Shown here: positions 42,693-53,256 of the stretch, in pieces
Position numbering within the stretch: position 1 is the first letter of the stretch
Layout of the letters: each line of letters begins with the position of its first letter
Origin: an uncultured Chloroflexia bacterium
GTDB lineage: Bacteria > Chloroflexota > Limnocylindria > Limnocylindrales > CSP1-4
Direction: 5' to 3'
Assembly: GCA_963752475.1 (NCBI GenBank)
Contig: CAVVYR010000008.1
Coordinates: forward strand, 448,001-512,000
DNA length: 64,000 nt
Notes under the pieces: generated by a model
Seen by the model: the letters and a program-made list of their open reading frames with translations, nothing else
What the model was told of the DNA's origin: nothing
Databases searched by the model: none
Position numbers and translations under genes: made by a program

Positions 42693-43607
42693 ATGACCGA
42701 GAACACGCAGCCGAAGCCGGAAGGCTCGAGCGGGCCAGATCCCCATGCCATCGTCGGCCGCATCACCCAGGCCGACCGACGCCGACAGGTGCGTTCGCGG
42801 ATCATCTTCGCCGCGACCTGGGCCGCCATCGTGGGCGGCCTCGTGGCGACCCTGGCGCTTGGGGGTGCCATCGACCTGGACTTCCTCAGCGAGGGTCCAC
42901 CGTGGTGGCGGTTCATCCTCGGTGAGGTGGAGGTCACGAGCGACGGCTTCGCCGGCATCGCCATCGGGCCGCTCCAGTTCGTCATCACCGGTGCCTTCGC
43001 CACGATCCTCATCTCGGTCGTGGCCATCACCATGGCCATCGGCTTCGCGCTCCTCGGGAGCATCGGCCGGTTGTCGAAGAACTCGGTCGTCTACGCCGTG
43101 GCCACGCTCTACGTCTCGCTCGTGCGAGGCACGCCGCTGCTGGTGCAGATCCTCTTCATCTGGCTGGCGCTGCCCCAGATCTGGCAGGGCTTCGGGCAGG
43201 TCGACGCGCTCATCCTGGGCACGTTCGCGGTGGCCTTCAACTACGGCGCCTATATGACCGAGATCTTCCGCGCCGGCATCCAGGCCGTTCCCAGCGGACA
43301 GCGTGAGGCGGCTGCGGCCCTGGGCCTGAGCGATCGTCGGATCTTCGGCCGGATCGTGCTGCCGCAGGCGTTCCGCATCGTCATCCCGGCCATCGGCAAC
43401 GAGTTCATCGCCATGATCAAGGACACCTCGCTGCTGGCCGTCATCGGCGTGCAGGAGCTGCTGTGGAAGGCACGTACGGTCGGCTCCCAGAACTTCAAGA
43501 TGCTCGAGACGCTCATCCTCGCGGCGCTCGTGTACTGGGTCCTGACCATCATCTTCAGCTACTTCCAGGAACGCATGGAGCAACGCATGGCACGAGGTGA
43601 CCGATGA
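42693..43607 (+). CDS. Amino-acid ABC transporter permease
   Basis: RGTPLLVQ, EIFRAGI..GQREAA (EAA loop), IKDTSL. Confidence 0.94.
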   Translation: MTENTQPKPEGSSGPDPHAIVGRITQADRRRQVRSRIIFAATWAAIVGGLVATLALGGAIDLDFLSEGPPWWRFILGEVEVTSDGFAGIAIGPLQFVITGAFATILISVVAITMAIGFALLGSIGRLSKNSVVYAVATLYVSLVRGTPLLVQILFIWLALPQIWQGFGQVDALILGTFAVAFNYGAYMTEIFRAGIQAVPSGQREAAAALGLSDRRIFGRIVLPQAFRIVIPAIGNEFIAMIKDTSLLAVIGVQELLWKARTVGSQNFKMLETLILAALVYWVLTIIFSYFQERMEQRMARGDR

Positions 43608-44479
43608 GCGTCCCGTTGGGCGGTGTCGTCCTCGAGGCGACCGCGATCGAGAAGTACTTCGACGACAACCATGTCATCCGCGGTATGAGCCTGGCTGTGC
43701 GCAAGCACGAGACGGTCATGCTCATCGGCCGCTCCGGCTCCGGCAAGACGACCTTCCTGCGCTGCCTGAATTTCCTCGAGGAGCCGACGGTCGGGTCCGT
43801 GTCGATGGGGGACCTGCGCGTCGAGGCTGACCCGCTGCAACGGGCCGGTCGCGAACGCAAGACCCACATCCGTCAATTGCGCCAGCAGACCGGCATGGTC
43901 TTCCAGGAGTTCAACCTGTTCCCGCACATGAGCGTGCTCGACAACTGTATCGAGGCGCCGGTGAACGTCAAAGGCGTGAGCAAGGACGAGGCCATCGCGA
44001 CGGCCGAGCGCTACCTCGACAAGGTCCAGATGATCGAGAAGCGCGACGAGTACCCAGCGCGCCTGTCAGGCGGACAGAAACAGCGTGTGGCCATCGCCCG
44101 TGCCCTGTGCATGGAGCCGGAGGTGCTGCTCTTCGACGAGCCCACCTCGGCCCTCGACCCCGAGCTCATCGGCGAGGTCATCGTGGTCATGGAGCAGCTC
44201 GCCCACGAAGGCTCCACGATGATCGTGGTCTCGCACGAGATGGCCTTCGCGCGGGAGGCTGCCGATCGGGTCGTCTACCTCGAGGGCGGCGTCATCGTGG
44301 AGGAGGGACCGCCCGAGCAGGTCCTTGACGATCCGCAAGAAGAGGCCACGCAGCAGTTCCTGCGCCGCTTCCTGAGCGAGGGTGCCAAGGCCCCCACCGC
44401 TCACGATCCGGAGCCGGCCTCACCCTTCGTCGACCCGATCACTCAGGCATCGCTGCATGGCGGTGGTGGTGCGGGCTGA
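43604..44479 (+). CDS. Amino-acid ABC transporter ATP-binding protein (GlnQ-like)
   Basis: GRSGSGKT, LSGGQKQR, FDEPTSALDPE. Confidence 0.95.
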   Translation: MSVPLGGVVLEATAIEKYFDDNHVIRGMSLAVRKHETVMLIGRSGSGKTTFLRCLNFLEEPTVGSVSMGDLRVEADPLQRAGRERKTHIRQLRQQTGMVFQEFNLFPHMSVLDNCIEAPVNVKGVSKDEAIATAERYLDKVQMIEKRDEYPARLSGGQKQRVAIARALCMEPEVLLFDEPTSALDPELIGEVIVVMEQLAHEGSTMIVVSHEMAFAREAADRVVYLEGGVIVEEGPPEQVLDDPQEEATQQFLRRFLSEGAKAPTAHDPEPASPFVDPITQASLHGGGGAG

Positions 44480-44500
44480 CTCAGAGCAGCGCCGGAGCGG

Positions 44501-45214
44501 CTAGATCTCGCCCAGGTAGGAGCGGCGGACGTCCTCGTTGGAGGCCAGCGCCTGGGCCGAGTCAGCCATGATGATCTGGCCCGACTGCAGCACATAGCCG
44601 CGGCTGGCCACGGTCAGTGCCGTGGCCGCGTTCTGTTCCACCAGCAGGATGGCGGTGCCTTCCGAGTGGATGCGCTCGATGGTCTCGAAGATGTACTCGA
44701 CGAGGTTCGGCGCCAGTCCCATGGAGGGCTCGTCCAGCAGCAGGATGCGTGGCTTGGTCATGAGCGCGCGGCCCATGGCCAGCATCTGCTGCTCACCACC
44801 CGAGAGCGTGCCCGCCACCTGCGCGCGACGCTCTTCGAGGCGCGGGAACATCTCGTAGGCGTTCTGCACGCCCTCTTCGACGATGCTCTCGTCGTCGACC
44901 GTGAAGGCACCCATGCGCAGGTTCTCCTCGACCGTCAGTTGAGCGAAGATGCGTCGGCCCTCGGGCACCTGCACCACGCCCCGGGTGACGACCTCGTGGG
45001 GCGGTACATGCGTCAGGTCTTCACCATCGAAGACGACCCTGCCGGTCTTGGGCACGAGCAGGCTGCTGACGGTGTTGAGCGTCGTGGTCTTGCCGGCACC
45101 GTTGGCACCGATGAGGGTCACGATCTCGTTCTCGTCGACCTCCAGCGAGATGCCGCGCAGGGCGTGGATCTTGCCGTAGAAGGTATTCAGGTCGTGGATC
45201 TCGAGCAGGGCCAT
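44501..45214 (-). CDS. livF: Branched-chain amino-acid ABC ATPase
   Basis: GANGAGKTT, VPEGRRIF, LSGGEQQM, DEPSMGLAP. Confidence 0.94.
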   Translation of the reverse strand: MALLEIHDLNTFYGKIHALRGISLEVDENEIVTLIGANGAGKTTTLNTVSSLLVPKTGRVVFDGEDLTHVPPHEVVTRGVVQVPEGRRIFAQLTVEENLRMGAFTVDDESIVEEGVQNAYEMFPRLEERRAQVAGTLSGGEQQMLAMGRALMTKPRILLLDEPSMGLAPNLVEYIFETIERIHSEGTAILLVEQNAATALTVASRGYVLQSGQIIMADSAQALASNEDVRRSYLGEI

Positions 45215-45216
45215 GG

Positions 45217-46101
45217 TCAGTCGTTCTCCGCCGGGGTGGATGCAGCCTCTGGCTTCTCGGCCACCGGCTCGGGTTCGGGTTCTGTCTCGCTGCTCGCCTG
45301 CGCGGCGCCAGCCGCCTCGGCTTCAGCCGCAGCTTCGGCGGCGGCCTTGCCCAGGTAGGCCTCGATGACCCGCTGGTCGCTCTGGATCTCGGCGGCCGTG
45401 CCCTCTGCGATGCGCTCACCGTAGTCGAGCACGGTGATGCGCTCGCTGATGTCCATGACCACGCGCATCTCATGCTCGATGAGCAGGATGGTGATGCCCA
45501 GCTCATCGCGCAGCTTGCGGATGAGGCCGGTCAGCTCGTGGGTCTCGGCGGGGTTCATGCCGGCGGTGGGCTCGTCCAGCAGCAGCACTCGCGGGCTGGT
45601 GCCCAGCGCACGTGCGATCTCCAACCGTCGCTGGTCGCCGTAGGGCATGTTGCTCGCGAGGATGTCTCCGGAGCCGGCCAGGCCGACGTAGGCCAACAGT
45701 CGCTCGGCCTCCTCGACCGCCTCGTTCTCTTCGGTGCGCTGACCCCTGGTGCGCAGGACCGCGTGGACCCAGTTGGACTGGAGGTGCTGATGCTGGCCCA
45801 CGAGCACGTTCTCGTTGGCGGTCATGCCACCGAAGAGGCGGATGTTCTGGTACGTCCGCGACAGCCCCAGCCGAGCGATCTTGTCGGGCCGCAGCTCATG
45901 GATCTCGGTCCCGTCGAGGGTGATGGCGCCCTCGTCGATCTGGTAGAAGCCGGCGATGCAGTTGAAGAACGTGGTCTTGCCCGCGCCGTTGGGGCCGATG
46001 ACGCTGACGATGGCGCCCTCTTCGAGGTCGAAGGTCAGGTCGTTGACGGCGACCAGGCCACCGAAGCGCTTGGTCGCGTTGTGCGTTTCGAGCAGGGCCA
46101 T
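45217..46101 (-). CDS. livG: Branched-chain amino-acid ABC ATPase
   Basis: GPNGAGKTT, YGDQRRLEIARAL, DEPTAGMNP, VIEAYLG. Confidence 0.94.
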   Translation of the reverse strand: MALLETHNATKRFGGLVAVNDLTFDLEEGAIVSVIGPNGAGKTTFFNCIAGFYQIDEGAITLDGTEIHELRPDKIARLGLSRTYQNIRLFGGMTANENVLVGQHQHLQSNWVHAVLRTRGQRTEENEAVEEAERLLAYVGLAGSGDILASNMPYGDQRRLEIARALGTSPRVLLLDEPTAGMNPAETHELTGLIRKLRDELGITILLIEHEMRVVMDISERITVLDYGERIAEGTAAEIQSDQRVIEAYLGKAAAEAAAEAEAAGAAQASSETEPEPEPVAEKPEAASTPAEND

Positions 46102-46104
46102 GTC

Positions 46105-47966
46105 CTAGGCACCCCCCGTGCTGGCGGCAGGAGCCCCATCCGGTCCGTCACCGGATGCGGGTGGCGGCCCCTCACCTTCGAGAGCCGGTTCATCGTGGTG
46201 CATCTCCTGGCGTCCGACGCGCGACGGCAGCAGACCCTCCGGTCGCCAGTGCATGACCAGGATGAGCGCGATGCCGTAGAAGAGGAAGCGGTACTCGGCG
46301 AACTCGCGGAAGAGCTCGGGCAGGCCGATGATGACGATGGCCCCGAGGATGACACCGGGGATACTGCCCATTCCGCCGAGCGTGACGATGGTCACGATGA
46401 GGATGGACACGTTGAGGTTGATCGAGCTGGAGATGATCGAGCCGTAGAGGGCCGCGAAGATGGCCCCGCCGAGGCCGGCGAAGGCGGCGCCCAGCATGTA
46501 GGCCAGCGACTTGGTCTGGACCAGGTTGATGCCCAGGGCCTCCGCTACATCCTCGTCCTCGCGGATGGCCACCCACGCACGACCCAGGCGGGAATCGCGC
46601 AGGCGGATGGCGATGAACGAGATGATGACGATACATATCAATGAGATGTAGTAGATCTGGTTCGGTCCCGCTAACCAGTGGTCGGGCGGGATGTCGATGC
46701 CCAGCGAGGCCAGCGGCTTGGGCACGTTGAGGATGCCGCGGGGGCCGCCGATGAAGTCCTTGAGCAGGTCGGAGCGCGCGAGGATGGCGATGATCTCGCC
46801 GAAACCGAGGGTGGCGATGGCGAGGTAGTCGCCGCGGATGCCCAGGATGGGCAGGCCCAGCAGGATGCCGAAGCCCATGGCTACCAGCATGGCGAATGGG
46901 ATGGCGAAGAAGAAGTTCCATTCGGCGATGCCCAGCTCCCCGGTGCTGGTGAGCAGCGCGGTGGTGTAGGCGCCGACAGCGAAAAAGGCCACGAAGCCGA
47001 GGTCCAGGAGGCCGGCCAGGCCGAGCGTGATGTTGAGCCCCAGGCCCATCAGCGCGTAGAGGGCGATGAGCGCGATGACCGCGGGGATGAAGCCGGTGAA
47101 GCCCAGCGGCAGCAGCAGCACCACGATGAGCACGAGCGCGCCCAGCGGGATCGTCAGCATGGGCGAGCGTTGGCTCTCTCTGGGAAGCGCCTGCCAACGC
47201 TTGCGCGGCTGGAAGACCACCCAGATGCCGTACATCACGGCCACCGAGACGGCCACCAGGATGGCGCCCGGCATGCGCAAGCCGCTGGAGCTGAACAGGT
47301 CGCGGGCGACGCCGGAGCTGACGTCGTGCTGCAGCATGGGTGAGCGGATGACGCTGGCGAACATGCCCATGACGATGACCGCGCCGACCATGAACACCAG
47401 GAGGTTGCGCAGGTGGCGCGGCATCAGCGTCAGCAGACCGCCGATCACGCCCGTGGACATGGCCACCACGGCCGGGAACCAGAACGTGATCGGGAAGGCC
47501 TCGCCACGCCACATCTCACGGGTGTTCTCGAGCCCGAAGAACTCGGCCCCCGAGATGAGGTTGTAGAGGTCCGGGGAGGCGTTGGGGAAGTAGTCGCGCA
47601 GGTCCAGCGCTGGACCCACGATGAGCAAGATCGAAAGCGCAGAGCCGGCGATGAGGCCGGTCACGGCCGCGCCGATGATGGCGTTGAGTGGGCCCTTGGG
47701 CGCACGCATGGAGCCGGTGTAGCCGCCGAAGGCGAAGGTCACCAACAACAGGGTCTGACCGAGTGTGATGACATCCTCGATCATGTCGCGTTCCTGGAAC
47801 GTGTTGACGATGCCCACGAGCGTGAGGTAGAGGGACGCGAAGGCGAAGAGCAGGCCAGCGATGATGACCGGTCGCCAGGCGTGGCGATCGGTGTTCAGGC
47901 TCCAGTCCACGGGTTCGTTGGTGGTCACGGTCTTCTCGGGTGCGTCAGGCGTGGTCGTCCGGGCCG

Positions 47967-47970
<4 letters not shown>
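46105..47970 (-). CDS. livM: Branched-chain amino-acid ABC permease with long N-terminal membrane extension
   Basis: GLLDLGFVAF, RGDYLAIATLGFGE, GRAWVAIREDE. Confidence 0.9.
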
Positions 47971-49076
<1,106 letters not shown>

Positions 49077-49112
49077 GGGCGGCGGATCCGGTGCGAGTTA
49101 GAGGGTGGACAT

Positions 49113-49146
49113 GGACGAGCCGGGCGTTGATACGCCCGGCTCGTCC
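49113..49146. terminator. 15-bp stem-loop between livK and livH
   Basis: GGACGAGCCGGGCGT-tgat-ACGCCCGGCTCGTCC. Confidence 0.65.
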
Positions 49147-49180
49147 TTTGTCAGCTGGTCAGTCAGTCCCTGGCGGGTGG

Positions 49181-50407
49181 CTAGGCCTCGGGGGCCCAGA
49201 CCACGGCCGGCGGCCAGACCTCATCTTCGATGGTGTCGGCGCCGACCTGGTAGACGGCGATGATCGGCGCGCTGCAGTCGCCGTCCTCGGTGCAGGTCAG
49301 GTTGCCGGTGACACCGGGGTAGTCCGCGGTAGCGTAGAGCGCCTCACGTAGGGCACCCAGATCGACGTCGAGCGAGCCGTCGTCGTTCTCGACCGCGACC
49401 TCGGCCACGGTGTCGAGGATGATGGCGGCGGCATCATGCGCATGCGCATGGAAGGCCTGCAACGGGGCGTCGAGGCCGCTGATGTCGAGGTAGGACTCGA
49501 CGAGATCGGCGTAGGTCTCCTGCATGGCGCCGAAGTTCGGGCTCGACAGGTACATGCCCTCGACGTTGGGGCCGGCGGCGTTGACGAAGTCCTGCGAGAA
49601 CAGGCCGTCGGAGCCGATGAGGACGACGTCCTCGAGACCGCCCACATCCGCGTACTGGTCGGCGATGAAGCCGCCCTCAGCGGTGAAGATCGGGAAGTAG
49701 ATGACCTCAGGCGCGGCAGCCGCGACGTTGGTCAGGACCGGGTTCATGTCGGTCTGGCCGGCAGAGACGGCCTCGGAGACGACGATCTCGCCGCCCAGCT
49801 CCGCGAACGCCTCCTCGAACACGCCCACCAGCGCCTCGGCGTAGGCCGAGCCGTCATGGATGGTGGCGGCCTTGGTCAGACCCAGCTCGCCCGACACGAA
49901 GTCGGCCACGAACTTGCCCTGGATGGCATCGGACCAGGCCGTGCGCAGGAAGCCTTCGTACTCGGCACCGCGATCGGGGAACGTCAGCGACGGGCGGGTA
50001 GCTGAGCCGGAGATGGCGGTCAGGCCGGCCTCGGTGATGGTCTGGATGCCGCCGACGGTGGCGTCGGAGCACGAGGAGCCGACGACGCCGATGACGGTCG
50101 GGTCGTTGGCCAGCGCGAGTGCGGCCTGAGCGCCACCCTCGACGGTGCAGAGCTCGTCCTGGATATTCAGCTCGATCTCGTGACCGAGGATCTCGCCGCC
50201 ACGGTCCTCGACCGCGACCTCGATGCCGTAGACCATGTCCTGGCCGAGCACGGCGTTGGGGCCGGAGAGCACCTGATACACGCCAAGCGTGATGGGCTCA
50301 CCTTCGGGGATATTGATGACCTTGGAATCCTGGGCCAGCGCGGGCGCGGCGACAGCGGTGGCCAACAGGCCGGTCGCCGCGGCGACGCCGAGGGTCTTTC
50401 GCATCAT
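49181..50407 (-). CDS. livK: Branched-chain amino-acid ABC substrate-binding protein
   Basis: Signal peptide; LivK-type motifs (VVGSSCS, HDGSAY, GVTG); adjacent to livH. Confidence 0.88.
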   Translation of the reverse strand: MMRKTLGVAAATGLLATAVAAPALAQDSKVINIPEGEPITLGVYQVLSGPNAVLGQDMVYGIEVAVEDRGGEILGHEIELNIQDELCTVEGGAQAALALANDPTVIGVVGSSCSDATVGGIQTITEAGLTAISGSATRPSLTFPDRGAEYEGFLRTAWSDAIQGKFVADFVSGELGLTKAATIHDGSAYAEALVGVFEEAFAELGGEIVVSEAVSAGQTDMNPVLTNVAAAAPEVIYFPIFTAEGGFIADQYADVGGLEDVVLIGSDGLFSQDFVNAAGPNVEGMYLSSPNFGAMQETYADLVESYLDISGLDAPLQAFHAHAHDAAAIILDTVAEVAVENDDGSLDVDLGALREALYATADYPGVTGNLTCTEDGDCSAPIIAVYQVGADTIEDEVWPPAVVWAPEA

Positions 50408-50787
50408 GGTTCCTGTGGTCTCCTCCTACGGATGTCGATGCGGCGCGTTCCGGCGCCAAAAACATGCGGCCTCGGTCGGGTGCCACGAGCCCGGCGACGA
50501 CGCGTAGAAAGCCCCATTCCAGGTGCCGCATGCACCGTTTCCTGGTCCCCCTTGAAAGAACGCCGCGCTTCTTACTGGGTCGCGCGCGCACGACGGCCTG
50601 AGACCGCTGAAGCGTGCGCCACATTCTAGACGCCTCTCCGGTGCCTGCAAGGTGACCTTGCGGCTCCATCTCGGTTACGGCCTCGTGCAGCGCCGAGTGG
50701 GAACGCCTCCGCTGTTGCGTTCGGGCAACACCCGCACCCGGTGGCGGCGAATCGAAACGACCGGGGCGCAGGGCCCCGGTCGTGTCT

Positions 50788-50816
50788 CACTGAGGCCGGT
50801 CATGCCGGCCTCAGTG
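50788..50816 (-). terminator. Stem-loop directly after the small lipoprotein gene
   Basis: CACTGAGGCCGG-tcatg-CCGGCCTCAGTG; a second hairpin lies at 50757-50783. Confidence 0.6.
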
Positions 50817-50966
50817 TCACTCGGACTCTTCCTCGGTGGCGTCTTCTGCCGGCTCCTCGACGGCCGGCTCGTCTGCCGGGGCCTCGGTGGCGTCGTCGTC
50901 ACCGTCGCAGGCGGCGATGGCGAAGGCGAAGACCAGGGCAGCGAACAGGGCGGTGATCCTCTTCAT
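50817..50966 (-). CDS. 49-aa acidic lipoprotein
   Basis: MKRITALFAALVFAFAIAAC lipobox followed by a D/E/P/A-rich tail; GAGGAGG RBS; downstream hairpin. Confidence 0.8.
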   Translation of the reverse strand: MKRITALFAALVFAFAIAACDGDDDATEAPADEPAVEEPAEDATEEESE

Positions 50967-51387
50967 TCGGGACTTCCCTCCTCGGACTGGTTGGGTGGTA
51001 GGCCGGCGACAGCGTCGTCGGTGGATCAGGTGCGGCACACCCACACGAAGGGACACGCTCACGGCAAGCGCTCCGTGAAGTATCATAAGCGTCGGCGTTT
51101 CGAATGCAAGACGCCTTGAGCGCCCCGGGCGTGTGCGGACAGCGACCCTCTGCGGTCCCTGGAACACCCGGTGCGGCGCGTTCGAGGATCGTTTGACGCC
51201 ACCGTCGTGATCAGACAGACCGTAGAAGCCCGCGGGGCCCGGTCGTCACCAGGAGCTCGACACATCAGCAACGACCGGACACACGACCTGCGATGCGCGC
51301 TGGGCTCTGCCCTTGGCGGCGACCGTCGCCTCGAGTGTCCCCTACGCTGAGTCGCCAGCTGCGGCTCGCACTACACAGGAGTCCTGC

Positions 51388-53247
51388 GTGAGCAAGAACG
51401 TCGCCGTCTTCGTTGACGTTGCGAATATCTTCTATGCGGCCAAGGCCGCGGGGGTGGACATCGACTACGTCACCCTCCTCAAGTCGGCCACGGCCAACCG
51501 CGACTTCGTGCGCGCGTACGCCTACACCGGCCTCGATCCCGAGAACGAGAACCAGCGCCAGTTCCACGCCTTCCTGGCACGCTCCGGCTACAAGGTCGTG
51601 AGCAAGGACATCCGCAAGTACGGCGACGGCCGCGTCAAGGCCAACCTCGACATCGAGCTCGTCGTCGACATGATGCGCATGGCGGACAAGATCGACATCG
51701 CCATCGTCGTCTCCGGCGACGGTGACTTCGCTCCCGCCATCACGGCTGTCCAGCAGAAGGGTGTGCGCGTGGAGGTCATCAGCTTCCGCGGTAACACCAG
51801 CAGCGATCTCATCGATGTGGCCGACATCTTCATCGACATCACCAGCGTCGCCAAGGTCGAGAAGGGCGCCCGCAGCGGTCGCCGCGTCGCATCCGACGGC
51901 GATCTCTCCATGACCGAGGTTCCGGACAAGGAATCGGGCGTCAAGCCGCGCCGCCGTCGCCGCAGCGATGCGGATGACAAGACCGAGAAGCCCAGCCGCC
52001 CCCGCCGGCGTGGCGGCCGCAAGCCAGACGCGGAGAAGGTAGAGAAGGTCGAAGCAGCGGACAAGACAGAAGCGACCGCCGCAGCAGCGACAGGCGTTGC
52101 TGCGACAGGCGCTGCAGCGCTCGTCGCTCTGCCCGGCGAGAAGCTCTCGCGCGGCGCAGAGGTAGCAGAGGCTCCGGCCCAGACCGAGGAAGCCCCTGCG
52201 GCCGAGTCCACCGAACCTGCTGATGAGCAGTCCGGTGAGGACACCGGCCGTCGTCGTCGCCGCCGCCGCGGTGGCCGCGGTCGTGGTCGTGGCGGCCGTG
52301 GCGGTGAGGCTGCGCCTGAGGTGCCGGCCGAGGAGGCCGCTCCTGTCGAGGCCACCCTTGCGGAGGACGAGGTCCCGACGCTGCCCCAGCACTCCGGTTT
52401 CGGCTCCGTCTGGGATAGCCAGATCGGCGTTCCCGCGGACACGGCTGCGACCGCCACCGGAGGTGCCGAGGACCTCGAGGACCTCGAGGATGAACCGGAG
52501 GTGCCTGAGTACCTCCTGTCGGAGAAGAAGCAGGGCCGCCGCCGTGGCCGCAGCGGCCGCAGTGGCCGCAGCGGGGGTGGCTATCGTTCCGCGCTGGACC
52601 GCGAGCGCTACGGCGTCAGCGGTGGCTCTTCGCGCGGCTCGGGACGCGGCAAGGGCCGCTCGGCCAGCACGCCGCGTGCCTCTGCCCAGTCGATGGAGCC
52701 CATCGAGCAGACGCCCGGTGGCGACCCCTGGAGCGAGGTCCCACCGGAGGTCCAGGAGCTGCTGAAGGCTGAGCTTGCCCGGCGTGACGGCACCGACAGC
52801 AAGTCCCAGCCCGAGGCTGCTTCCGAGAAGGCCGACGAGGCCGAGGAGAAGCCCAAGAAGCGCACCACCCGCAAGCGCACGACCCAGAAGGCCGCTCCGG
52901 CCAAGGACGACGCGCCTGCCGACGAGGCCGAGAAGGCCGACGAGGCCGAGGAGAAGCCCAAGAAGCGCACCACCCGCAAGCGCACGACCCAGAAGGCCGC
53001 TCCGGCCAAGGACGACGCGCCTGCCGACGAGGCCGAGAAGGCCGACGAGGCTGAGGAGAAGCCCAAGAAGCGCACCACCCGCAAGCGCACGACCAAGAAG
53101 GCCGCTCCGGCCAAGGACGACGCGCCTGCCGACGAGGCCGAGAAGGCCGACGAGGCTGAGGAGAAGCCCAAGAAGCGCACCACCCGCAAGCGCACGACCA
53201 AGAAGGCCGCTCCGGCCAAGGACGACGCGCCTGCCGACGAGGCCTAG
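51388..53247 (+). CDS. NYN (LabA/DUF88, PIN-like) domain protein with a disordered C-terminus of about 440 aa
   Basis: VFVDVAN, KANLDIEL..D, VSGDGDF, ADIFID; GTG start after AGGAG. Confidence 0.9.
   Translation: MSKNVAVFVDVANIFYAAKAAGVDIDYVTLLKSATANRDFVRAYAYTGLDPENENQRQFHAFLARSGYKVVSKDIRKYGDGRVKANLDIELVVDMMRMADKIDIAIVVSGDGDFAPAITAVQQKGVRVEVISFRGNTSSDLIDVADIFIDITSVAKVEKGARSGRRVASDGDLSMTEVPDKESGVKPRRRRRSDADDKTEKPSRPRRRGGRKPDAEKVEKVEAADKTEATAAAATGVAATGAAALVALPGEKLSRGAEVAEAPAQTEEAPAAESTEPADEQSGEDTGRRRRRRRGGRGRGRGGRGGEAAPEVPAEEAAPVEATLAEDEVPTLPQHSGFGSVWDSQIGVPADTAATATGGAEDLEDLEDEPEVPEYLLSEKKQGRRRGRSGRSGRSGGGYRSALDRERYGVSGGSSRGSGRGKGRSASTPRASAQSMEPIEQTPGGDPWSEVPPEVQELLKAELARRDGTDSKSQPEAASEKADEAEEKPKKRTTRKRTTQKAAPAKDDAPADEAEKADEAEEKPKKRTTRKRTTQKAAPAKDDAPADEAEKADEAEEKPKKRTTRKRTTKKAAPAKDDAPADEAEKADEAEEKPKKRTTRKRTTKKAAPAKDDAPADEA
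52825..53244 (+). repeat. Four tandem 105-bp coding repeats (35 aa)
   Basis: EKADEAEEKPKKRTTRKRTT(Q/K)KAAPAKDDAPADEA x4, nearly identical in DNA, ending at the stop codon. Confidence 0.95.
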
Positions 53248-53256
53248 CCTCCGACC

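Noticed and set aside
52825-53244. CRISPR array
   Set aside because: Contiguous in-frame coding repeats with no unique spacers and no cas genes
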